Below are positions 23,296 to 34,142 of a stretch of DNA of 36,572 nt, piece after piece; the first letter of the stretch is position 1, and every line of letters starts with the position of its first letter. The position numbers and the translations under genes are program-made. Below the pieces are notes generated by a model. It had not been told where the DNA came from. It did no database searches and saw nothing but the letters and a program-made list of their open reading frames with translations. Origin of the DNA: Jimgerdemannia flammicorona (Eukaryota); the NCBI GenBank assembly GCA_003990765.1, contig RBNJ01000212.1, positions 1 through 36,572 on the forward strand. The letters run 5' to 3'.

Positions 23296-24548
23296 CCACC
23301 AAGGCCTCTCAGTTCAGAAAAGGATATTCCAAGACATCAGAAGAGCCATGAGAACCCATACAAAAAGGATTCCTAGCCTTAACCTGGATACTAGTAATCC
23401 TTATTATTATATTCTCTACTGCTATAAAATGGAAATAAGGATCACTATTACTACCAAATATCTCTGGATGTGGTAGGAATATAAAATAAGAAACCTTCTC
23501 TGCCAAGAATTTCCTCAGACCAGTCTCCAAGAAATATAAGATACTACTCTCATAGATGTACATATATGAAATAAGGATAGCCAAGAAGATTCATCAGATC
23601 TTCAGGCATATATCATGGTCAATCCCCAACTTAGAGTATATCAGAGTCTCAGACTTTAAGAAATTATCAGCCCACTATACTAATGTACTAGAAGCTATGG
23701 TTGCTACAGAAGTCCAATCTACCATCACTCTTAATAGTGATGAAATAGAAGAGTTCTAGAATCTCATTCTCTAGAACAATTCAGATCAATTTCTGTAAGG
23801 ATTAATCTCAGTATTTTAAGACTCCAGCATTCAGATTAGACCTCTTTAAGACTCCACATTTGTTTCTTATTTTGTAGAAGAGAATGTCATAGATTGGAGA
23901 GCCCCTACTGCTGTCTAACATGACAACATTATTAGTGATAACATCATCCTGCTAATTGGTGATATGTATGAAGTACATAAAATACATAATATATATAAGA
24001 TGGACAAAATATTTACCAACCTCATTTCCTTTGAAGACATCCTATTCCTGACCTCTAGCCTTGATGATAGTGACAAAGATAAAGCCCCTATAGTCCTAAA
24101 CATTCTGCTCTAAGTTCTTAGTAATACTGAAATCTTTTGATATTCTTTTTCTATACTACTGAAATCTACTAACATCCTGAACTTATACAACTATTTATAC
24201 AGATACTCAAATTTGTACTTATAATCAAAGTTTTCTATATTTCAGTATTTTATATAGTTATTAGAATTTATATTTAGCTTTATATCTTAGTAACTATTGA
24301 ATTATATTTTGTATAAATACTCCTCTTATTTTCTTTGAAATAAAGTCAGTCAAGTTCACTTATACTCAATTCTATATAAGCAATCTAAGAGATAATAAGA
24401 CAGTTTAAAGATAAGAAGTTTGAGGACTATAAGACCTTGGAAAGATACTCTAATAAGAACTTACTATAACAAACTTGTAGTTAGTCTAAAAGATATACCT
24501 TGAAGAGAATCTGATATATTTGAAGGACTCAGCAACTACTATGTGACA
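23296..24548 (+). repeat. 5'-truncated L1 LTR carrying most of the accessory ORF (to 24113)
   Basis: Matches ~831-2053; ends TGTGACA; reads EIRIAKKIHQIFRHISWSIPNLEYIRVSDFK. Confidence 0.88.
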
Positions 24549-26218
24549 ATATGTAAAAACACATATATAAATATACAAACTCACATATCAACAGATCAGT
24601 CTTCAATAGTTCATAGTACTGATAATACTTCAAGTTAACTATTTTGATAGTTCTATACTTTTCACACAATTCTCATTCTGAAATCTGATAATATTATACT
24701 AAAACTGATGATGTTATTTATATTTATTATAGATAAAAAATTAAAAAAAGAAGATATATTTATGATATATATAACTGATGCTTTTGTTTAATATATATAT
24801 AATATTATTTCTATCAATCTCTTTATATTATATAGCTAGAAGTTCAAAATGCTTGATGGTTCAACTTTGACAAATACTCTGACAAAATTAAAAAGAATAT
24901 AGAAATAAATAAAATTAATATCCAAGCTATAGTAGATATATTTATCTGATTACCCAACTATTTCTATATCAATAACTCTATTTAATCAAAAAATATTTAA
25001 TTATATTCTTTAGCAGAATTTTGAAATTGACTTATTTGCTAGATTTTATATATAGACCAACTATTTACAATCATTAAGAGTGACTAATTATATAGTATCT
25101 TTGGTCTCCTCAAGTATGATTTATATCTGCTAAGTATTAATACTATTTATAAAAATATCCCGGAGATCTATAGGAAGGAGTATGATAATCTTTGCCAGAT
25201 ACTTCAGATAAAATAAATAAATAAGAGCAATACTATGACTATTGTAAGCTGAACTATATATATATAAAGAGCTTATTAATTTAATCTCACATTCAATAAA
25301 TAAAATTCAACAGGTAGAATTTTATTTATAATTGATACATGGATATCCCTCAATGAAATTTTATTTCTGGGTATTACCAGTTATTGAATTGATCTTGATT
25401 AGCAACTTAAATCTCTTACCCTTAACTTTATCTAACTCACTGGTCCTTATTCTGGAGAAAATATTACAGATACTTTTATTAGTTATATTCAGGATCTTAG
25501 GATCACAACCAATGTAATGGTTCTAGTTTCTTTAAGAGAAAGTAGCTAAATCTGGTAGTTCTAGTTGGCCTAAAGTAGTTTAAAGAGATACTTAAAGGTT
25601 TAAGTATTCTTAAGAGATTTCTGGAAGAAAATATTCTGAGTTTTATTCAGATAGAGAATAAGAATATTTATACAGAATCTGAAAGAAAAATCCAGAAGGA
25701 TCTTGAAAAGAAAGAGAAATGCCAAGAAATAGGTTTTTAGCAAAGATGACTAATATGGTTCTATAATGTTTCAAAAGATTCTATGACTAGCTAAGACAAG
25801 ATACTTAGTGTTAAGGAAAGACAAGAGTGTTCTAGTAATGTCTGGATGCTGAGAGAAGGTTTCTAAGTAAGTAGAAGGTAGTAGAATATAGTAAAATATT
25901 CAAGAAATGATAAGAAAAGACTAACTAAAAGATGTAAAGATATACTAAGACTAAATATGACTGTGAAATTATTACATCCCTCTCTCTTTAAGAATCAACA
26001 TTCTCATTGAGTTTTTAGATAACATAAGACTAGATATACTTAACCAAAATTTCTCAAACTTATATTAGTACATTGGTGAAGATTGGTCATTCTTATATAG
26101 GGTAGAGGGCCTATTATTAGACTAATCAACTAAGAGGAGTTCAAACCTAGCTAGTAGCTTAATTTTGGTAGACTTCTTGTTTATTAAATATTCTGCTAGT
26201 TCTGGGGTCCCAAAGTGG

Positions 26219-29200
26219 ATAGGCAGATGGAGATGATAAAAAGAGAGTATTTCTTGGCTAATTTTTTGAGCTATAGCTTATTGATATGGGTGATCTTTGG
26301 TCCAGAGTCACTAGAGTTGAGTAGGTTCTTTTTACCTTGTAGTTTGAAGTTATGGTATCCTTTCTTGATGGTCAGAGAATGGTTTACCCAATCAATCATG
26401 GGGTTCTCTTTTTTTAACCATGGAGTCCTAAGGATGATTTCATTTTCAGAGAGTGATACAATCTGGAGGGTAATATGTACTCAGTAGTCACCAATTCGGA
26501 AGGGCAGATTGCAGACTTCTTTGCTAATAACATGTGAGGTTCCATCAGCTATAGCAACTGCTTGAGTTTGTTGTACTAGAGAGGTGAAGACCTTGAGTCT
26601 GTTGGCTGTTTCTTCATTGATGAAGTTGTCTGAGGTACCACTGTCTATCATAATTTTGACAGGTACTCAGTTGATAAAAGCTTGAAGTATAAGTAGTTTG
26701 TCTGATTCAATAGTGGTAATTTTGGTTTTAAGAGCTTTTCTTCTATTGGTTCTTCTTTGAGTCAGTTTGTTGACACAAGAGAAGCAATCATCAATTATTC
26801 AGGAAGAGTATATTCCAATACCATGGGGGCATCAGCCACTTGGTATATATATATCTGTCTTGGATTTTCTTATAGAATTGTTCTTCTTTATTTATAGTAG
26901 GTTGGGCTGGAGCCTTATTTGATGAGCCAAATCCTTTAGATCCTCAGATGGTGGGTAGTAGTTCAGGGACTTCCTTGACTGTCAGGGTTGACTTGATTTT
27001 TTTGAATAGGATCTGGGTAATGTAGAAACCAATAGAGATCTTGAAGAGTGTCCAACTATGGTTTTGGATGAAGATAATAATTTCACCTATATAATCCTCA
27101 TCAATGACTCCTCCTTCTACTGAGAGTCCTTTCAATGCTAGGCTGCTGCAACAGTATATTCTTCCAACATGTCCTTCAGGAATTTGGATACTGATTTCTG
27201 TATAGACTTGCTTGACTTCTCAGTTAGAAACTGTAGCTTCTTTGACTATATACAGGTCATATCCAGTTGCCTTTTGACTTTCTTTGGTTGGGACCTTAGC
27301 AGTTTATCTTAACTTGACAAAGTCCAGTATTCTGGTAGTCAGGTTGTTGAGGTAGTGCAGAGTAGTAACAGTTGTTCGTATTACTGTTCAGAGTTTTCAG
27401 TTGGGACAGACACTGGCTATATATCCTGTCTTTCAGCAATAGAAGCATGCTCTGCTTCTTCGAAGTTCATTTCTTTCTCCTTCAGTGAGTTTCTTGAAGG
27501 TACTTGGCTGAGTAGATTTGTAATTTCTGGGGTCTATGAGGTGGATGTAGAGAGAGCTCAGAATGCTTCATGCTTGAGTTCTTCTTTCTTAGTCTAAGTC
27601 TTTTCCTTATTGTTGAATTATCTTTGGGGCAGAATTGGTCTGCTGTTAGAATTCACTTGACCATAGTCTTGATTCTTGCTAGACACCATTATTGATGATC
27701 ACAATCAACTGAGTGGTCTTGTTCTCGGATTTTTCTAGTAAGTCATTCAGGCAGGACATTGAATAAATAGTCTGCTCTTATACTATTTTATGCTTCATCA
27801 TTGGCAATATATCCTAGGCCAATAGTGTTCAGGAGTGACTCAAGTTTTGTACAGAAGATTTCAAATTCTTCTTTACCATATATATCAAATTTGAAGTTGT
27901 GGAGTTTTACTCAGGATTCAGTAATCATAGTTTCACTGTGGTATTGGGCAATCATGAGTTGTTTGAGTCCAGGGGCTGCAGGATGGGCTCTATATCCTGG
28001 GGTATTATTTGCTACATTCTGAGCAACTACTGCAGGTTGAGTGTCCCATATGAGGGGTTTTTCAGGAAGGGTTCACCACCATTCTTTGGCTGGTCCTCAG
28101 AAGAATGTAATAACTCATCAGATATAGGCTATAGTAGTAGCAAAGAGTTGTTCCAGAGTGTAGTCTTGATTGTTTGTTAGAAGACAGTCAGCAACTCGCT
28201 CATTGGTCCATTGATTGGCTTTGAAATTGGTATCAACTATACTAATGAAGTTTTGGACTTCTTGTACAGTACCATTAAAGATAGGTAGGCTCAGATTTTT
28301 GGTAGGTCAGGTCTGTTCAGCTAAGGCAGTAATGGTTGCTGCCATTATGGCTATTTGGGCTGTGAGGTCTAGAATTTGTTGGTTCACTATATTGTTTACT
28401 AGAGGTAGTTGGACTGCTGGTAGTAGTATTACTGGTACTACTTAAGATACTAGTACAGAGTGTGATGGGGTTCTTTAGATCTGTGTAAGTTGCTGGAGTA
28501 ATAATTGTGAGTCTGGAGTAAGGGCTCAATAGATAGCTGTTTGTTGCTGTGTAGGTGTATTCTGTCCTGATGGAGGTGCATCTCCTTCAGTAGTATATCT
28601 GAGATCGAATTCACTAAGATACTCCTCCTCCTCTTCAGTTTGATCTCCATGTAATTGGGTTTGCTCAGCATCAAAGTAGACAGAATCAGTTGTATATCTG
28701 ATTTCAGATGGACTTAATTCAAAGTCAAGTTCTGGTTCAGTATTGGTTTCAAAGTCAGATAGAGTAGTAGCAGAGCCTGCTTCAGATTTAGGGTCAGACT
28801 GTTGATGAAGAGTTTCTCTTGCTTCTTTTTTAAGAATATGGTGGGTCTTGCTATTCTGAAATCAGTAGTATGTATAATGTGGTCTTGGTCCAGGTGTAGT
28901 GAAAATTGGTGAAATTGAGCTACTTAGCTACAGAGGCTTGGGCTTCATAAGAGACTAAGGCTAGAAAGACTACTGATGGTTGTCCTAGGTTGCTTGGATT
29001 TGTGAAGCTGACAAAACTCTTATTGAGAAGAGTAAAGAAGGCTTCAATAAGACCTTCTTCATCTTGACTTGCTGAGTGTAGAGCAAGGAGTTTGGTGAAT
29101 AGGGTTTTGCCTATTTGCTGATTTAACTGGAGTATTTCTTTCTTCAAATGAAGTTTGTCTCACTTGTTGTAGGTGTGGAGGTCAAATTGTTCTTATATAT

Positions 29201-29355
29201 TAGGTTCAATTCTCTCCAGATTATCAGATAGTTTAGGATATATTCCAGTTCAGAGGTTGGGCTTTATATCAACTTGTAGAAATTCTTAGAGGAGTTTGTA
29301 GCAGGGTGAGAAAGCATCTTGAAGCAGAATGGATTATAAACTACTGCTACCAAGT
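26219..29355 (-). mobile_element. Internal 5' half of gypsy family L4: PBS, gag, dUTPase, protease; truncated before RT
   Basis: PBS TGGTAGCAG at 29352-29344 (tRNA-iMet-like); knuckle CFYC*KTGYIASVC near 27410-27450; protease MIDSGTSDNFI near 26620-26655; ILRTPWL. Confidence 0.87.
26920..27330 (-). pseudogene. Retrotransposon-encoded dUTPase domain
   Basis: Reads KATGYDLY...IPEGHVGRIYCCSSLALKGLSVEGGVIDEDYIGEI...ITQILF...I*GSKGFGS. Confidence 0.92.
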
Positions 29356-30050
29356 TGTAAGATGGTTACTTTTTAGAGTAATCATTTTGTAGTTCTGGAA
29401 GGGTTTTCTAGAAGTTCTAGATATTCTGGAAGACTGTCTTCTTATGGTCAAGATCAATTTCATATGGAATATGTCCTCTACACTTATTGATTTTAAGATT
29501 GGGTTGATGTCTCAACCAAAGTCCTCTTTCAGACTAGTTCTGGATGTTCAGAATTTTCTATATTTCAGAAAGTTCAAGAAACTAAGACCAGCTTAGTTGA
29601 ATTGGCATATCGCTGCAGACAATACCCAATTAGGAAATTTTGTGATGGGGTTAGGAGTTGGACCTAACAGGGAATAAATTTACTTAAGAGTGATTTATGG
29701 ATTATTAAATAGGTTTATTTGCTATTCATGATATTGCTATACTAGGAGTAGTTATATAAAGAGATATTGTGGGGAAGTGCTTAGGAGTTGTGTTCAGATT
29801 GTTCAAGTATTCAAGTCTTACAAGTCTGAGATTCTGAGGTATAGGGGAGGGGGTATTTATACTAGTGAGGGGCTATCTAGACTATACTAAATATGGATGT
29901 AGCATTAAGTGCTTTATTGAGTTGGAATGCAGTCATATAGTATAAGTGTGATCTGGCATATCAAGAGATCATCTGACTGCTGAGTCAGTTCACAGTCACA
30001 TTGTATAAGGCTAATCTAACTATACTATGACTGCTAAGCTATTTATAGAT

Positions 30051-32344
30051 TTAGACACTGTTTGGATAATCTTCAATGACATTACCATCAATAGTATCAT
30101 CTCTGATGAAGTAGTCATCTAGGAAGAGTTGTTTTTTTTTTTGTTTAATGGACTCATGTCCTGCGGATTTTTATTGGAAGGGAACCTAGACTATATAGGC
30201 CAAAACCCTCTCCCACATCCATCAAGCACTGCCCCCCCATTAACCTAGGCTAGCTATTGTCCAGTAGCTCGACCATACTAGGCACAGCAGGGCTAATAAG
30301 CCCACACCTCATTCTGCACACCATGCTCTCTCTACCACCAGGGAAAATCCAACCATATGCCAACAACTGAAAGCGCATGCCTGAGAACCCAACGTATGTA
30401 CAAGGCCATGCCCGAGCCAAATAGAATAGCCCCTGCCACCCCAAAGAGAATGACAGGCAAAGAAAAAAACCCTCATCAAAGTACAACACAGTGGGTAGGG
30501 CCTGATTCTCCCAGTTGAGGTGAGTAAAGGACTTACACGTGAGGCAGGAGGAAACCCCCAATACCCCACTACTTAAGCCTGTGGGCCTTGATCATGTTGC
30601 CATATCAGCTCCCAGTTCCAGTTGAGTGTAGCCAAGATGCCTGAAATGGGTAGCCTTGGGCCTCCTGACCCCCCCTGATGACTGGGGCCCAACCCCACTG
30701 ACTGCCAAAAGAAGCCAATAGTGACACCTACCACCTAACCACACCGCATCAATCAAAAGGCCCCACCAAAGCAACACCTGCCCCAGCCCCGATGACCGCC
30801 CCCAGCCTGGCACCCTACTGGTTCACCGTAATTGCCCTTCCACCTATCTGTGATGGCCATCTCCCCTCCCATCCCGACAACACCTGAAAAGCAGTCACCT
30901 ACATCAGAACCGCGCTCACCGGGAAGCTTACCAAAGCCAGAGGGCTCCACCACAGGCACCGAGGACCTGCAGGTAACCTATACTGAGCACTTGACGCCCA
31001 AGGTCGGCTGACTCCCTATATAGCCTGAGATACCGAGACAACTCCTTGTTGGCGATGACAAAAGGAAGAAGGCGCTGCACCAAAATGGGTACACCCCAGA
31101 TGCAGCTGAAGGTACCAGAATCTGCGAAAAAGTGGAGGAAGCACCGATTCGACACTGATAAAGGGGCAACTCATCACTATTGCCCTCCTCCCACCATGCC
31201 CCTACAGGCACAGCAAACCAACCCAAGGTAGAGGGGGTAATATTAGGGGAAAGGGGACTCGGAAGGTCACCTACCAAACCTTGTGACTAGTAAGGTAGTG
31301 GAGAAAGGAGCTGTCTAGGAAGAGTTGTTTACAGATTAATTTTCTCTATTTACTGAGATAGTAATATATTGGGACTTCATTGCCATCCCACAGAATAGCA
31401 TTATCTGTTTCATATGCTGGATAAGGTGTTGGTGGGCAAAGGAGTGATGCATTGTCTTTGCTTTCATTGGATTTGCTATCTGCATATCTTCTATAAGTTA
31501 CAGTACTATAAGTCACAAGGTTATAGTAAGCTGGCAGCTGTGGTTTATGTCACTTATACTCAGATAGTAGAGTGGTTGGTTTAATCTCAAGAGTTGTCTG
31601 AAGATACAGATTGTGTTCTCTGGTCTCCTCATTATAGTTGAAGTAATTGGGAGTAAATGTAGGTTGGTATTCATGCCAGTGATCATTGTTCCAATAGGTC
31701 TTGTAGGTAGTTATGAACTGTTATAAGTTCATCAGCAAGATTGGTGGTATGATCAGGGTTGGCAGAGATTCTTGGTTTGAGGTCATGTCAGTATCAGAGG
31801 GGTTGTTGTCTTCTGCTTTATCTTTATCAAATTAGATTATATAATAGATGTCCTTTATGGTATATCTGACTTAAGACATTTGTAGGATGTAGTTGTTGGG
31901 GTGTGGAAAAGTTCTGTCTGTGATCTGAACATACTCAAGATACTTGTGGTTGAGTTCTTATATCATGTCATTGATTTAGCCATAGGATAGAGTAGCAACT
32001 ATTTTGCTGATAGTAACTTAGAGGTGAGGAATAATGATGCTATGCTCATAAAAGAGTTCTTGGTATTTGTGGGCAATGAGCTTCTAGTGTTGAAACATCT
32101 GGGTAATATCTATATCATAGTGGTGTTTGACCATATCTTCTAGGAGGTGGCTAATCTGGTAGTAGCTTGAGATTTGTCCAATTTGGTGGGCCTTTCTAAG
32201 TATGTTCAGGGCATTCCATTGGGCTTCCACAAAGTAGAGGAGTGCTAGGCTATGGATATTTATAAGGAGCAGAGGGGGTGTGGCTCAGTTGACAATGGCA
32301 TTCTAAATGTTAGTGCAGATGCAGTTGTAGATCTTGGTGGTCAT
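30051..32344 (-). pseudogene. LTR(U3)-encoded accessory ORF of L4 (~360 codons), interrupted by the retroposon
   Basis: MTTKIYNCICTNI*NAIVN*ATPP...ISSYYQISHLLE...KLIAHKYQELFYEHSIIIPHL*VTISKIVATLSYG*INDM...; stops are explicable by C>T or G>A; probable frameshift near 31830; acidic C-terminus. Confidence 0.65.
30135..31311 (-). mobile_element. Non-autonomous poly(A) retroposon, ~1.2 kb, copy 3
   Basis: Poly-T; 17-bp TSD TCTAGGAAGAGTTGTTT (30118-30134, 31314-31330); same 5' end as copy 2. Confidence 0.92.
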
Positions 32345-33166
32345 ATGTATTTGTATATGTTTAGAAGTTATAGTTGTTATTTGTTTTGGTTCTCTGTTTC
32401 AATATGTCTCAGTGCTCAGTATATATACATTTGATCCTGATTGGTAAGATTCTATTTTGTATAAATCTTATATTCTGTGACTTTATATTGACTCAGCTTT
32501 ATGATCAAGCAGGTGATTTCCAGATTTGTTCAGCTGTCGAATGTGATTTTGGTGGCTTGTTCAGAGGGTGACATGTGATTTCTGTGACTTGGAGATTGTA
32601 CACTTACAAGAGTGTTCTAGTAGTGTCTGAGTGCTGAGAGAAGGTTTCTAAGTAAGTAGAAGGTAGCATAATATAGTAGAATGTTTAAGAAATAATAAGA
32701 AAAGACTAACTAAAAGATGTGAAGATATACTAAGACTAAATATAACTATGAAATTGTTACAACTAAGGTAAAAAGAAGGGGCTTACCATCTGATCAGTAT
32801 TTTGAGAAAAGTCTTAAAATAAAATAGATTTTAATAGTTATTTATTTTTACATAAATTTGCTAACTGAAAATTTCAAATATAGAATTTGACCATTATAAT
32901 AGACAATACTATAAACAACTCAACATTTTTCCAAAATTTAGTAGTCAGCCTTTAATAGAAAAATATTGTGTATATTATTAGATCCATATACTGAACCTTA
33001 CTATTTAGAATTATCTTATATATATAGATAAAATATCTGGAAGTGAAGAAACTCTGAGTATTTATACAAACTGGTTGTATTGGTCTGATTATCTTCACAA
33101 TAACAAAATAAATTTACTACAATTAGTTTAGTTCTGAAAGAGCTGATATTAGATATCTATATATAT

Positions 33167-33643
33167 TGTAATGTAGCAGATGCTTACTTTTGAAAGTACG
33201 TCAGATTTCTGTATCTTGAAAACTTGACAGTTTTGACTCTCGCAGAGTCTCTTGAAGTGGCAGGGGAGGGTGGGTGAGTTCGAAGTGTATCTGCCTGCAG
33301 GCTTACTAGTTCCTTTGCTATCTCTTTACTTTGAACTATTTTGATCTGAGGTTTATTCACTTGAAGATACTGGGTTATTTATACAAGTTTTGCTAGCTAT
33401 AAGAGGGTGGCTAAGTAATAAATGAGTCATTTGGACTTTGTCAAAACATTTGGACAATGTCTAAATACTATACTAAATTGGAGTATCCGATTTGGATAAT
33501 GTCTAAAATTTAGACAATGTCTAAGAATTTAGACAATGTTGAAATCGAGGACTGCTAACTATAAGGCTATACTACTTTGGGAATGGGTGCGATCAAGTGT
33601 CTATTTCCTATTTCCTTCTTCCAAATTTGGCTGTACCGTCACA
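33167..33643 (-). repeat. 3' LTR, family L3 (477 bp)
   Basis: Begins TGTGAC after the PPT and ends TTACA; matches 1-243. Confidence 0.85.
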
Positions 33644-33680
33644 ACTTCCTCCTAAATAGATGGTCTCATCCTTGAGGCGT

Positions 33681-34142
33681 CTATTCAAACTCCCAGGCTT
33701 CAATGGTCTGTATGGTCTTGTACTGTGTAATTTGCTGCATGACTGTTTCCTAATGATGTCTTCTTACTTTCTCGAAGTCGGTAGGGGTTACTCCTCTCAG
33801 GTGGTCTATCGCTACTTCATCTTCTCAGAATAACTTGTGGATCCTTTTGGCAATAGTGATCTGTGAGTGGGAGAGTTGACACTTGGCAATCCAGTCCTCC
33901 TTGGTCTTTGATGGATCCTGATTGAGCACCTGTCCAAGCTTGAAGTACTCTTGGAATTCTATGCGATACTGATAGGCTCTAAAGTGTGAGATCTGAGAAA
34001 GATGAGTCTGCACAATACTTTGAATATCCTTATAGTATGGCTCTATGGTCGGAGGCTCGGTGGTGTGCCATTGTCTTTCGATGGCTCTTTGGGCAGCACT
34101 AGTGATCTTGAGTGCCATCACAGTACTTTTGTTACTGACCAT
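33681..34142 (-). pseudogene. Accessory ORF between integrase and PPT, 153 codons, homologous to the LTR-encoded ORFs
   Basis: ORF 33825-34142 continues in frame through a TGA and a TAG: ...FQEYFKLGQVL...ITIAKRIHKLF*EDEVAIDHLRGVTPTDFEKVRRHH*ETVMQQ...WEFE. Confidence 0.72.

Larger units (their letters stand above)
29356..32608 (-). repeat. Oversized 5' LTR of family L4 (~2.06 kb after removing the retroposon) containing an ORF
   Basis: Perfect 6-bp terminal IR TGTAAG...CTTACA; abuts the PBS; TATAAATA on the - strand at 29861-29854. Only one copy in the window, so the distal end is inferred from the IR and the junction with L2. Confidence 0.75.
25513..32761 (-). mobile_element. Composite element: L2 shell (3' LTR 25513-25976, PPT, 3' UTR to ~26218; 5' LTR remnant 32609-32761) enclosing a different gypsy element
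   Basis: Flanks ACCAA (25508-25512) and ACTAA (32762-32766) form a TSD with one C>T; both ends match the L2 LTR; the hAT relic resumes across it. Confidence 0.82.
24600..33166 (+). pseudogene. Intron-containing hAT transposase relic (~24600-25512 plus 32762-33166) split by nested LTR insertions
   Basis: FIIDTWISLNEILFLGITSY*ID...LTGPYSGENITDTF (25325-25490; first catalytic Asp region), then LTIIIDNTINN and IHILNL (DNA-N and CxxH-region relics) after 32880. GT/AG-like interruptions. Left boundary approximate. Confidence 0.72.

Noticed and set aside
30140..30175. Hammerhead ribozyme at the retroposon 3' end
   Set aside because: No CTGANGA/GAAA core; only a simple hairpin.
1..33643. L3 LTRs at 1-243 and 33167-33643 as the ends of one giant element
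   Set aside because: The right copy is a 3' LTR whose PPT and pol lie to its right; the left copy lacks a PPT on its right. They are independent insertions.
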